Origin: Corallochytrium limacisporum Hawaii
Taxonomy: Eukaryota; Protista; Pluriformea
Assembly: GCA_002811645.1 (NCBI GenBank)
Contig: PDIP01000036.1
Span: forward strand, 186,001 to 250,000
Direction of reading: 5' to 3'
Length of the DNA stretch: 64,000 bases
Part shown: piece by piece, positions 12,801 through 21,086 of the stretch
Numbering within the stretch: the first letter of the stretch is position 1
Layout of the letters: each line of letters starts with the position of its first letter
Program-made: the position numbers and the translations under genes
Notes under the pieces: model-generated
What the model saw: only the letters and a program-made list of their open reading frames with translations
The model's database searches: none
Told to the model about the DNA's origin: nothing

Positions 12801-13109
12801 ACTCTACACAGTTCGGTTTCATCTCTTCACAGCGATGACGGTGGTGTTGGCAACCAGATGGGCATACCACTGGACCGCGTTCCATCTATCCGCTTGGATT
12901 TGCCGACCGCTCGATCATCTGCATCATTCAGTCAACCATCGCCGCACACCGATCGCACTGCAGTGAGTGGTTGGAACCTTCCAAATTCCTCAAACAGTGG
13001 CGTCTGGCGAGACTCGGCTGAGTGTAGCAATTCCTTCGCTGATCACGAATTGAATTACTGGATTGAGCAGTTTGATAATCTTGAGGAGGACAAGACATCC
13101 TTCAAGTGA
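6858..13109 (+). CDS. NALCN: Four-domain cation channel of the NALCN/Cch1 family, EEEE selectivity filter
   Basis: 4x6TM architecture. Pore loops AAMEGW / ACGEDW / IGIEGF / LSGEDW. NALCN-type motifs VILENLELPEDLK, YDKTFFIFG, NFNQNNGTALLTVEQRQW, plus a C-terminal EF-like/IQ-like region. Single 6.2-kb exon. Confidence 0.9.
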   Translation: MTERPPSLRLSELDDIEEGMLPSTTRGSGSRRTDSGEISIAQLRWPSGARASASRRTSSGDNLAAHVRLRASTISTQSQTDAVEVDKPSFIRGPNRVAARMKAAFQEATAAPEPGNSSPQGGERDELRGTFLNLNRLTVDRLNTSRGSQLKNSLYYTRRDTARTSSGAHANEALATPSRTSMSSRHSILEPEDSEEIIEMGRPSLRAALGAENVQTTEKTANRFDLSIQRYFQNEAAQLLTFVMIFLSLIALACTTQDFFDDNDWAKPLVLTIDSITAVILTAEIAAILYVRRRVPILVTLIKVSFILDLLIVVSYWVTIAAMAINDISDYRAFFAIRSFVAYRTVRLFKIFESISRALANSALLIAKVAVFLAILYYIYALTGLLALRTDLLEHCADSTEFVPDTEDPIQTLVDSSSIPATNCRADGGGYNCPGVLDCYKVEDSNDYFNLESYDNIGFAILTVYQGAAMEGWSDVMYNLMDSSTNAGLVALFYTTMILFLPLLSINLVIAVVTESFAQARANKGKSRERGDYLNEIVVEENGAWTLKTTKPTSTAHPAVYDIMTGRPMSTVVALILVADFVMLAIYGARVDEDSIVNIWELVISSILGLEGLLKAYALGWRQLRHGRPLFELFLTIGCFLVSLPPIFAVGFLRIVFVLRQIRLMYIWDPLWQQVRKVGGDGSNLRNVVGFVFFVLGVIAIFMMQAFGRESPQFFGSWTESFKSLFRIACGEDWLIILYQTIDQSPAPPVTAIIIVIIHAFCNFLLINLFIAVILENLELPEDLKIEKQAQLYLQSIAGVEAKQFGGQPTDFAAKVFSRLPPNPKTVKIDGVPTAFVPPISRSYLKRYLQGDDSRQRMALDTELQAQQKRLRSPMSQLSSSAVRGSDLPYDVNGVAEVRSGIPAPPSAAATERMLDSFIAGDVTGIGNRSQARNSVLKSVEWEKHYGNGHAIDIDSSVSTPTRGSEDSSKDTGTAVPLVRSRVSDATTLSRQSTEKMLQSSSRRLRFSFGQPGMILSETKATGINAPPRPTLEMGNYGNFADGLNQATTRTLRKTDASNTEAQEGWIDLGFGDLGDQTQTNSLLQNDADFREKYPLYDKTFFIFGPNSQVRAWAREVLGQVETDPRWAGKVWLGFMLVMTTASCVVMVFDKQNEYIRLNDLIYGPILLVDFVINIIADGVFLTPKGYFRNPWNILNFVVLAITLVSMASIPFLNEGTAAYKTFRVLRAIRPFRLLTLLDGVKQDLKFLARGIYEIGTVALILLAFILLSALYGMLLFGGEMDRCNDSSITVREDCVGTYIQSVATQPLIVNAEPQIEQILAPRAWTAPEVCDFDTFGAASLCVFELIGIEGFDSVDDELERLGSASYIYIVFVIVAGSFFFLRLLVGVIVNNFNQNNGTALLTVEQRQWINLKRQMKLISPDRTPSRPKSKWKRRAYDIYTNVWLARTSIALVVMQIVALSTTTSGISLAHLKAVEVINLFACAFYVAEEVLSVSAFGIIGYYRNAAKILDLCAACAAGVVLIIFIFTAGSSTDFSLTAFLPVLVLRIVRNILRSEYLQIILRTLVVAALNLASILVLMMVIISFYSYVAVIFFGSTKFGLDLNRQANFEAGPITLLTLYRILSGEDWNSVMRDTFLHGNECTDNGPTDTDCGNQTLALIFFISYYLIMTYVFLNMFVAVVIESFSHFLSIDDEASLQLSDLYAFRDNWSKFDTERRGYIPVTSVRKFLTTLPKGLGLDVKNNSKLYRYIHAEIASVSTRDGLGRQVVDFHKLLYILAVNAVDVVKAMTIEEYMRRQEQVRYIREKVAAELVLGYLKMYVLRRRYKQMRNMAHMLEMPDAHANKSFHPLGHDASQQAHLDELISATSEGHILQHQRDSGVRMTPGISVNDEAARDAQDNSLRNSLSADDPKRTSQNGSEFGNAFNLDSVIPWLQEPSSPISDNSASVPQLSRNSSHSRPPSGSGSRGASPNRLQRPIDETATLHSSVSSLHSDDGGVGNQMGIPLDRVPSIRLDLPTARSSASFSQPSPHTDRTAVSGWNLPNSSNSGVWRDSAECSNSFADHELNYWIEQFDNLEEDKTSFK

Positions 13110-13170
13110 GACAGTTTAGTTTCAACAATATAGATTGTGTATCATATTGATAAAATTTGCGTCTTCTGCC

Positions 13171-13561
13171 CTACTTCGGGGGTTGGTTTTGACTGCCCCC
13201 TTGGATCTGTTCTAGCGCCTTACGTTGACTTTCCTCACGAGCCTGCAGTATCCGGAAGTTCTCTTCTAGGTCGACCATTCGTTGAGCCATTGTATCAACT
13301 GCATAAGGGAACCAATAAATTGACAAAACAAGGGTTAGTACAATCGATCAGTGCATAGATGCCGGCCTCTTGTGAAAGAAAGGGTAAAAACCTACTTCTC
13401 TGCATAATTGTAGTAGTTGACTGTTCGAAACGACTCTGCATATCACTCAGCAGTCTTACCAAAACCGCAACGTTCTCGGGATCCAGTCCCTGCTCTGGTT
13501 GAGGTTGCTGCTGGAGCTCTTGCATCTTGTCTCCCGTTACTGTTTCCTGATCGGACATCAT
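13171..13561 (-). CDS. HSBP1: Heat shock factor binding protein 1 (2 exons: 13561-13396, 13298-13171; 97 aa)
   Basis: 97-nt intron 13395-13299 (GTAGGT...TACTAAC at 13340-13334...TGCAG). Splicing gives LLSDMQSRFEQSTTTIMQR-IDTMAQRMVDLEEN, matching the HSBP1 coiled-coil pattern ([27 protein letters not shown]). The ORF track reads into the intron. Confidence 0.9.
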
Positions 13562-14016
13562 TTCGCCCAATATCCCCAGCCTTAGCCTATGTTGTTCTAG
13601 TCATTGGAATACTCGGTCACGTATAGAAGGCTTTCGTAACGTTGATGTACCTTTGACCACAATGCACACACTGTTGGACTTGCCTCTGTCCAGGGTACTG
13701 GCAATGAAATGGGTCCCTACGCGCCAAAGGGATACAAAAAAAAATGCTGGTCAAGGAAGGCCAAGATCCCGGGGGGGGGGAAGAGGGCGTGTGCGCGCCG
13801 AGGGCCGGAGACTGCACAGGTTGGGTGCCTGGCGGGTTTTGGGGTGGGATGAGGCTAGACCGAGAGCAGTCGCTACAGAGATGATAATTTACAGTCATAT
13901 GGATTTATTGCATCGGATTAATGTAGAGCATATGGCCAAGAATGTCTGCAGAGGGGCATTCATGGCCTGCCTTTTGTTCTATTATGTTTAGGTATGGATT
14001 TCTATGATGATACTGT

Positions 14017-14301
14017 CTAATCAATAAGCTTGCGAGGCCGTCCAGGACCGCGCTTTGCTTCGACACCGACGTCCACAATTGAGTTTTCATCCTGGCCAGA
14101 CATCTTTAAGGCCTGATCGCCGTCAATGATAAAAAGCTTGAACACCCAGAAATGGCAGAAAGCATGGTTGATCATGACAATGATAAAACCAACGTAATCC
14201 CATGGTCCCTTCAGGAAGTCTTGGCCTGTCAGCATGGGCCACATTGTCCAAACAGTAAGCAGCAGCATAAATGCTGCAAGAGACCACCCCGTTGTATTCA
14301 T
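14017..14301 (-). CDS. Small hypothetical membrane protein (2 TM helices) with C-terminal AT-hook-like motif
   Basis: 94 aa, ATG to TAG. Two hydrophobic stretches (SLAAFMLLLTVWTMW; YVGFIIVMINHAFCHFWVF) and a C-terminal KRGPGRPRK. No family recognised. Confidence 0.55.
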   Translation of the reverse strand: MNTTGWSLAAFMLLLTVWTMWPMLTGQDFLKGPWDYVGFIIVMINHAFCHFWVFKLFIIDGDQALKMSGQDENSIVDVGVEAKRGPGRPRKLID

Positions 14302-15013
14302 GATTTAACTATTTAGCCTGCCCGGCACACCTTACTTTCCACACGGAGAGTTTTGAACTTGCTGCGGCGTGAAATTTCGAGTACCTAGATATAATCCCTG
14401 CAACTTCTTCAAACACCAAGCCCATATGTCACCAAAAGCAAAGTTCAAAAAGGCAAAGCATTTCTACATCCCAAATGGCCTTTGAACGGGCAATTTTTAC
14501 GGCGTGTACACGCGTATCAAGCCGAGAAACACCGCAGTGGCCCCCAATTTTTTTTGGGGATTTCCCAGAGCGTGAACTGAAAAAAATATTGGCCCGGTGC
14601 CACCCGTCCATCGACGCGCACAGTGGCTTTCCGGCGTAAAGAGGGGAACCCACCCGCCCCCTGGGTGTGTGCGTGAAGCCGGGCCTGGTACTTTTCCTTC
14701 CCCACCGCCTCACTCTGGAGCTATGGACGGGGCAGCCAATGAACAGAGAAAAATCCGTATATTTATTTACACTAATAGTCTTCGTGGAATACAGTAATTT
14801 TCAACTAATCATCCATAAGTATGTCAATAAAATCCACCGGTTCTCATAGTGAATGTACTCAGTAAAGGCCACCGAGTCGAAATATTGATCTGTCAGCCCG
14901 ACCAGAATGAGAAGTGAACTGGGGTTAGGGGAGGGGTGCGTGTTGGGTATGCGCGCGGTACGACCGGTGGGCTCGGCGGCGCGGCGGGACGTCGCGGCTA
15001 TTTGAGACAGACA

Positions 15014-15184
15014 GTGAGTTGCATTTATAATTATTGTCGTACGTCACCACTACGTGATAAAAAACTTTTTTTGCGAAAAGATCTGTGGGCACTGATATTA
15101 ATATCCCGAATCAATGAGATTTATTGCCGCCATGACCTAACTAAGTTTCATTACGATTTGGTCACGGAATCGAGAACATTCCAG
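15014..15184 (+). other. Candidate 5'UTR intron of the PHF20-like gene
   Basis: GTGAGT at 15014, ACCTAAC at 15135-15141, TTCCAG ending at 15184, 6 nt before the ATG at 15191. AT-rich compared with its flanks. Confidence 0.45.
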
Positions 15185-15190
15185 TAAAGT

Positions 15191-18100
15191 ATGGTAGAGC
15201 TACGTGGTCGGAGGGGCAGCGGAGCCGCTGACGATGGCACTAGTGGTCGCCCGAAGCGCGGAGCCGCCCAGGCAGCGGTGACAGCAACTGCACAGGCTCT
15301 GGCACCTCGCAAACGCCGGAAACCGGATCCTACAAAGCGGAGGGGTTCGCGAACTGAAGAACAGCGCAGTGGTGAAAATTCGACACAGCAGTCACGAGCA
15401 GGCGACGAAGCAGTACCAGGCTCTGATTTTGTTTATTCTGACCGGAAAGACGGAATAATCATTAAAGAAGGAATAAGAGTTGAAGGTCAGGACAGCTGGG
15501 GAAATTGGTACCATGCCAAGATTATCACGGTGTATGAAGAGAGCAAGAAATGTCTCGTGCATTTCGACAATTGGAATTCCAGATTCGACGAAGCTCTGGA
15601 CTTTGAAACAGAACGCATTCGTCCAGTCACACACGAGCGGACAGAAACGCCGCGCGGACCAGGGAAGCGTGCGCTGCCGTTGACTGGTAGCACAGGTAAA
15701 GGACTCAACAAAGCACAACTGAAACTCTTTCGAGAACAACAGGCGCAGGCAACAGGGCAAGCAACAATTACGGGACCATCTGCAGCGCCAGCAGGTATAT
15801 TTGAAACACCGAGCTCACCCGAAAGCCGGACCAGTCGCCGTGGAGCCTCGCGGCGGGCATCCTTGCGGGGAACCAGCGAGCAACAGAGTTCACCAGCAGC
15901 CCCTGCATCACGAGACTCATCGCCGGACGAGCCCTTGATATCTGCCTCTATGGAGGAGAATCGCCATGGTCGTTCGGTGCGCGAACGCACACGCCGATCG
16001 GGCACACGTACGCCAGGGGGCGAAGAGAGCATTAGTCGCGCAAGTCGGTCAAGTGCGCTTGCAGATGTGAAACACGAAGAGCAACCAAGTGTAGCGACCG
16101 ACAAATCAACAGAGAAAGCCTCAGAGCTTGCAGCATCCGAGAGTATGGACGGTGCGGACGCAATGGACACTGCCGGGCAGGAGGAGCCCCACAAGGAAAC
16201 TGCTGAATTGGCCGGAGGGAAATTTGCGGAGAATGAAGCACATCCCCCGGACACAAAAACAAGTGAGCATGGAGCTGCTACTGCGGCAACAAAGGCTGAG
16301 GCGCCCACAAAAGATGTTACAAACAAACCTTCGGAGTCGAAGGAACAAAGCGATGAGGTCGCAGGCGAGACAAAAGCAACACGGCCATCGGTTGTCATCC
16401 CGCCAGTGGGAACCGCCGCTGTGGCGGCAAAGACTACTCCGAGACAGAGCACGTCTGCAACAACCACACCGCGACGAACGCGACGTGGTGCAGCCATTCC
16501 ACTAACGGACCGCGCAACTCGAGGCAGTGCGGCAAGTACGCCGCGGGCGAGCGATACTGGTGGTACTTTGTCCCTCGGAGCGACGCCACGGGGTGGCGAG
16601 GGCGGTGAAGGTAAGCGTCGTCTGCGCTCTCGGGGTAGCATCAGCCGCGAGGAAGCCGGTGATCCTCCCATGCTGGGAACCAAGCGCCAACTGGAGTGGA
16701 TGCCAGGATCTCGTGTGGTAGCAATCTGGGATGACAAGCAATACTATACTGGAGAAGTCAAGGGGCCTACCGCGGCCCGAAAGTACTACCTAGTTCACTT
16801 TGACGATGGCATCAAGGCCAAGGTCTATACAGGTTTTATTTTCAAGGAGGGTACTAAGAATCTTCCCAACCCGGTATCTGCAGTGGAAGAGGCTCTGAAG
16901 AATGGCGAAATTTCACACCACGGACCGGTACGGCAGCATAGGGAGTCCACGTCAGGTGCCAGTCCCGCACACTACTCGGAGACAGGTGAAGCACCCCCGA
17001 ACAACAAGACCGAGGCACCTGCCGCGCCGCAACCTACCCTAGAGAGTGGCCGTCCGCGTAGGAGCGTTGTACAAGAGCCTGCGGTGCAGGCTGCGAAGAA
17101 CGCAGCACCGGGCAGCGGACGTGGCAGAGGACGTGGCCGTGGTCGTGGACGTGGTGCCAGTCTTGCGAGCGCAGGTGCACTCCACGCTGCAGCCCAGAAA
17201 CCGCTCGCCCCGCCTCCACCCACGGATCCCTCTGAGGTCATTCGATGCGTGTGTGATCAGAACGAGGATGTCAGTTTCATGCTGCAGTGCGAGAAGTGTG
17301 ATACATGGCAGCACGGATACTGCGTGGGCGTGAGCGCGGATAGTAATCTGGAGAACTACATCTGCCCATACTGTGCACCAAACTCCGGCAATCCTCCGAA
17401 CAAGGGGTACAACTTCTGGCTAATTAATGATGACCTTAATGACATTTCCACTCGCTTGCCAGATTTGAATGGCCTTGATCCCATCAATGGTCGGCCCATC
17501 AACAACTACATTGGCGAGAAGAACCCTGACCCAAACCTTGCCAAACTGCGCACAGTCTTCATTCGGTACGCAGAGCTCTCACGCAAGATTCATTCTGTCA
17601 AGGCACGTGCTGCTATACTGCGCCGGGACCAGGCCGCGAAACCGACGCAAAGCACCGCTGCACAGATGGGCGCTCGCCCCTCTGTTGCCACTTCGAGTGT
17701 GGAAAAGGCCGAGGTTTCACGTAAGATGGAGGCAATGAAGCAGGAATTACGAGAACTCGCTGGCGCCTGTACGCAAATCGAGGCAATGACATCCAGCATT
17801 AAAATACAAAACGTGCTGCAGAAACCGCGGAGTATGCAAGGACCTAGAATGGGCCTAGCATCACAGCAGCAACAGCGTGTCGGTGGTCTCCCAGGTCCCA
17901 CCGCAGCGGGAGTGCAACCTGGCCTGGTTGCGGCCGGCATGCCTGCAAGTCTTCAGGGACCATCCTCGTCCACCGCTGCCTCCATTGCTGGCATGAGCGT
18001 TAATGCCACAGCTGCAATTGTGGGAGGCGTGTCCCCTATGCGGACGACTACACACCAACCGTTTCCGAGTGTCATGGGTGGCGTACTGGGCACTGCGACT

Positions 18101-18193
18101 GCCGCAGGTGATGCTACTGGAGCACCCCAGCGGCCGGCCAACCCTGCCGCGACCACGAATGCTAGCTCCATCAATCGCATGCTAGGTCTCTAA
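15191..18193 (+). CDS. PHF20: PHF20/PHF20L1/MBD-R2-like chromatin reader (Tudor/MBT-like 1, Tudor 2, RG repeat, PHD finger)
   Basis: Tudor 1: VEGQDSWGNWYHAKI...LVHFDNWNSRFDE. Tudor 2: VVAIWDDKQYY...VHFDDG. (RG)n repeat at ~17117-17156. PHD: EVIRCVC...FMLQCEKCDTWQHGYC...YICPYC. Confidence 0.82.
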   Translation: MVELRGRRGSGAADDGTSGRPKRGAAQAAVTATAQALAPRKRRKPDPTKRRGSRTEEQRSGENSTQQSRAGDEAVPGSDFVYSDRKDGIIIKEGIRVEGQDSWGNWYHAKIITVYEESKKCLVHFDNWNSRFDEALDFETERIRPVTHERTETPRGPGKRALPLTGSTGKGLNKAQLKLFREQQAQATGQATITGPSAAPAGIFETPSSPESRTSRRGASRRASLRGTSEQQSSPAAPASRDSSPDEPLISASMEENRHGRSVRERTRRSGTRTPGGEESISRASRSSALADVKHEEQPSVATDKSTEKASELAASESMDGADAMDTAGQEEPHKETAELAGGKFAENEAHPPDTKTSEHGAATAATKAEAPTKDVTNKPSESKEQSDEVAGETKATRPSVVIPPVGTAAVAAKTTPRQSTSATTTPRRTRRGAAIPLTDRATRGSAASTPRASDTGGTLSLGATPRGGEGGEGKRRLRSRGSISREEAGDPPMLGTKRQLEWMPGSRVVAIWDDKQYYTGEVKGPTAARKYYLVHFDDGIKAKVYTGFIFKEGTKNLPNPVSAVEEALKNGEISHHGPVRQHRESTSGASPAHYSETGEAPPNNKTEAPAAPQPTLESGRPRRSVVQEPAVQAAKNAAPGSGRGRGRGRGRGRGASLASAGALHAAAQKPLAPPPPTDPSEVIRCVCDQNEDVSFMLQCEKCDTWQHGYCVGVSADSNLENYICPYCAPNSGNPPNKGYNFWLINDDLNDISTRLPDLNGLDPINGRPINNYIGEKNPDPNLAKLRTVFIRYAELSRKIHSVKARAAILRRDQAAKPTQSTAAQMGARPSVATSSVEKAEVSRKMEAMKQELRELAGACTQIEAMTSSIKIQNVLQKPRSMQGPRMGLASQQQQRVGGLPGPTAAGVQPGLVAAGMPASLQGPSSSTAASIAGMSVNATAAIVGGVSPMRTTTHQPFPSVMGGVLGTATAAGDATGAPQRPANPAATTNASSINRMLGL

Positions 18194-18720
18194 AGAATGA
18201 GATCATTCCTTGCTGACGAGAATACAGAAATATCGAGTCCAAACCCATAGCCAGGTGGCACTCGGCTGTGCATAGCAATACGGTTGGTCTCCCCAGGGAG
18301 GAAGGGCTACCCCCCCCCCCCGGGGCCTTTCTGTATAAGGCTCGAAGACCCTGAGCTAAGCTTTAAACCACCCACCCGCCCTCCACTCCNNNNNNNNNNN
18401 NNNNNNNNNNNNNNNNNNNNNNNNNNNNNNNNNNNNNNNNNNNNNNNNNNNNNNNNNNNNNNNNNNNNNNNNNNNNNNNNNNNNNNNNNNNNNNNNNNNN
18501 NNNNNNNNNNNNNNNNNNNNNNNNNNNNNNNNNNNNNNNNNNNNNNNNNNNNNNNNNNNNNNNNNNNNNNNNNNNNNNNNNNNNNNNNNNNNNNNNNNNN
18601 NNNNNNNNNNNNNNNNNNNNNNNNNNNNNCCCGTCCCTCTCTCCTTCAGTCGCTTCGCGCGAAACTTTCGAATCCGTAGGTCCGCAGCAACCGAACCCAG
18701 CTCTTCGGGAATACGAGCCC

Positions 18721-19839
18721 ATGTCTGTCTGCCACTCTCTCTTTCGGCGGCCAGTATGGCGAGCTGTTGTAAAACTTACTGTCAACAATCTTGTTGCACA
18801 AATGCGGCCCGAAATTGCTCCAGATTCGGGTATTACAAGCAAGGTAGAGAGACCGACGGCGAAAGTCTGCACTGTCTCATTCAGGTCTGTGAAGGCGGGT
18901 CCGGATCAAGGTCGGCAGGGAGACTCGAAAATGTGTCCAGCCCCGCAAATTTCGTGCCACCGGTGGCTTCTCGGTGTTGATGTGCAAAATGTTAAACCGA
19001 TAGACAAGGATGCCCACATTTGGGTCTTTGGACCGACGAACATGCAACTGCAGTTTGTTCGCTTTGGTGGGGTGGTCGTGTCCATTGACCAGGACAAACA
19101 GGTTATTTACGTTGAGGACGGCACAGCTGTAATTCCGTGTAATCTTACCAGCATTTTTGACGGTCATGTACATTTACTAGCATGGCCCAAAGTAGGCGAT
19201 TTTGTGGAGATTTGTGGTGAGATTGTAGAAGACGCCACCTCCAGTGAAGTTGTGGGCCACACCAAGGCAATCCATGCTACCAATGTGGTGTCCAATCTGG
19301 ACGCGGTTCACGAAATCTACTGGCAGCTCCTGGTCGTTGACAGATACAAGAAATGTTATTTAAAGCATAAGGCAATTGACACAGAGGAATATTTCAACGC
19401 GCAAAGCATTGCACCGAAGGATGCTATCTCTTGCCGTACACTTATCCAAGAACAACATAAGAGGCAAACGGTCGCCATGGACTACGTGGACGTGTTTGCA
19501 GACGATGACGACGAAATTGATGACGCACTGATGGAAGAAGCTATGCTAGACTTCACAACTCCGCAAAAACAGAAACCCAAATCCCCAGATAGTTCGCAAC
19601 CGATTGCGGCGAGTCAAACGGATGACTTCTTCGACATGGTAGCACCCCAGATGAGTGCAATGGACCCGGTCGTTGCGGACAGTATTCGCGCTGCGCTCCA
19701 GTCCAAGCGTTTAAGTCTTGGAGAACTTCAAGAAAGTCTCCAAGGCAAACATACTCCGGAAATTGTAGATCAGACAGTGCAACACATGCAGGCGAGTATG
19801 CAGGTCTTCCTCGCCAAAGGCGCGTACGCATTGCTTTAA
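18721..19839 (+). CDS. STN1/RPA32/RMI2-type OB-fold protein with C-terminal winged helix
   Basis: OB fold: VRFGGVVV...YVEDGTAVIPC...VGDFVEICG...IHAT...YKKCY (closest in pattern to STN1). Acidic linker, then a terminal wHTH-like segment. The real start may be the ATG at 18931. Confidence 0.7.
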   Translation: MSVCHSLFRRPVWRAVVKLTVNNLVAQMRPEIAPDSGITSKVERPTAKVCTVSFRSVKAGPDQGRQGDSKMCPAPQISCHRWLLGVDVQNVKPIDKDAHIWVFGPTNMQLQFVRFGGVVVSIDQDKQVIYVEDGTAVIPCNLTSIFDGHVHLLAWPKVGDFVEICGEIVEDATSSEVVGHTKAIHATNVVSNLDAVHEIYWQLLVVDRYKKCYLKHKAIDTEEYFNAQSIAPKDAISCRTLIQEQHKRQTVAMDYVDVFADDDDEIDDALMEEAMLDFTTPQKQKPKSPDSSQPIAASQTDDFFDMVAPQMSAMDPVVADSIRAALQSKRLSLGELQESLQGKHTPEIVDQTVQHMQASMQVFLAKGAYALL

Positions 19840-19895
19840 GTCTCTAAAACGTGCTCCGAAACGAATATAGAACGCATGTATGCTTCATCCAACTT

Positions 19896-21086
19896 CTATA
19901 CCATGGCACTAATCATGGTATTCGTACACTCTTCGTGTTGGCCGAAATCGCCCGCATCACACACTCCGTCGTAGCGCACGTAGTCCGACTCCGCTAGGTC
20001 CGCTGGGCTCTTCGCACTGCGAGCCTCCATTGCAGCAAGCCACTCACTGTCGTGCCAGCGGTACTTACCCGACTTTATTTCATTGGACCATCCCCCTGAA
20101 TGCTCAGCAATGACCGGCAGGGTACGTTCACAGATCAAACGAACTCTCACATTCTTGTCATGCATCATCTCGATAATGTAAGAAATGGCGTCAGTCTCAT
20201 CAATAACGTGTTGGCGAAGCATCCTTTTGAAGACCATTTCGTGAAAGCAGTGTACAATTTGTACTACAAACGAATCATTCTCCTGATGCACGCGTAGAAG
20301 ACTGAGTACATCATCCACAATGCGGATCCTGATTAGTGCCTTGCAACAGTCCTCATCGACCACCGCAGACGTGACCAGCACAAGGCACTCAAAAGAAAGA
20401 GAATCCAATGCATGCTGCATGATACCATCCTTGATTAAGCTAATCAAGTCGGCTTGCAGCAAAAGACGAGCAAAATCGAATCCTTCAATGGTCATGTTTG
20501 CAAGGATACCCAGAGCCTCCACCCTGAGCCCTGATCCACAGATACATTCCGGACAATCTTCAGAATGCTCTCCAGGTACGGCAAGTATTGTTCCTTAATT
20601 ATCGGCTCATGGCTACTCAGAGCTTTGCTCATGCGCATGATAAGTGGGTCTGCACTAGCCATGGCCTTCCCCAAGAGCGATTCTGTTCCTTTCTCTTTGC
20701 AAATCAAGCGGGCCGCATTGGGCTCGCTGGCAATGTAAATGGCCAATCGAATAAGCTGCGGGTGAACTTACTTTCCCTGGATGCCGCCCAAAATGGCCTT
20801 CATGACTGAACGGATACATTCATCGGCTCTGCCAAAGCGCCTTCGCACTTCGTAATTTGCTTGAATTGATAATTTGATCTGCTGTCTCGTCCACATCTGT
20901 CTCCCCGCATAGACCTTGGATATGAATGAGTCGTTGTGCCAATCTGCTCTCTGTCTGCAGAATCCGATCCTCTCCGGCGATAATGCCGGCCTCGAGATGG
21001 TATCGCACCGCAATGGCACAGAGATCCTTGTGTACGTTCAGACTGTCCAAGCGCATCCGCTTCCGCAAGTAGTGGGCATCCGCCAT
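19896..21086 (-). pseudogene. KIFAP3: Kinesin-associated protein 3 (kinesin-2 / IFT accessory subunit) pseudogene
   Basis: KAP3 N-terminus (DAHYLRKRM..LNVH...AIAVRYHLEA...SSKL) is joined out of frame at ~20855 to the C-terminal half (DECIRSVMKAIL...DPLIMRM...EALGILANMTI...QENDSFVVQI...MMHDKN...KYRWHDSEWL). In-frame TAA at 20770-20768 and a second frameshift at ~20530. Confidence 0.88.

Noticed and set aside
15487-16737. 416-aa antisense ORF, and similar antisense ORFs inside NALCN, the kinase, the acyltransferase and NYN-LOTUS
   Set aside because: Shadow ORFs caused by the codon bias of the real gene on the opposite strand; no motifs.
20756-20771. 16-nt GTAAGT...CAG mini-intron (minus strand) that would remove the KAP3 TAA
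   Set aside because: Removing 16 nt shifts the frame away from the KAP3-homologous sequence. There is no branch point, and the other introns here are 90 nt or longer.
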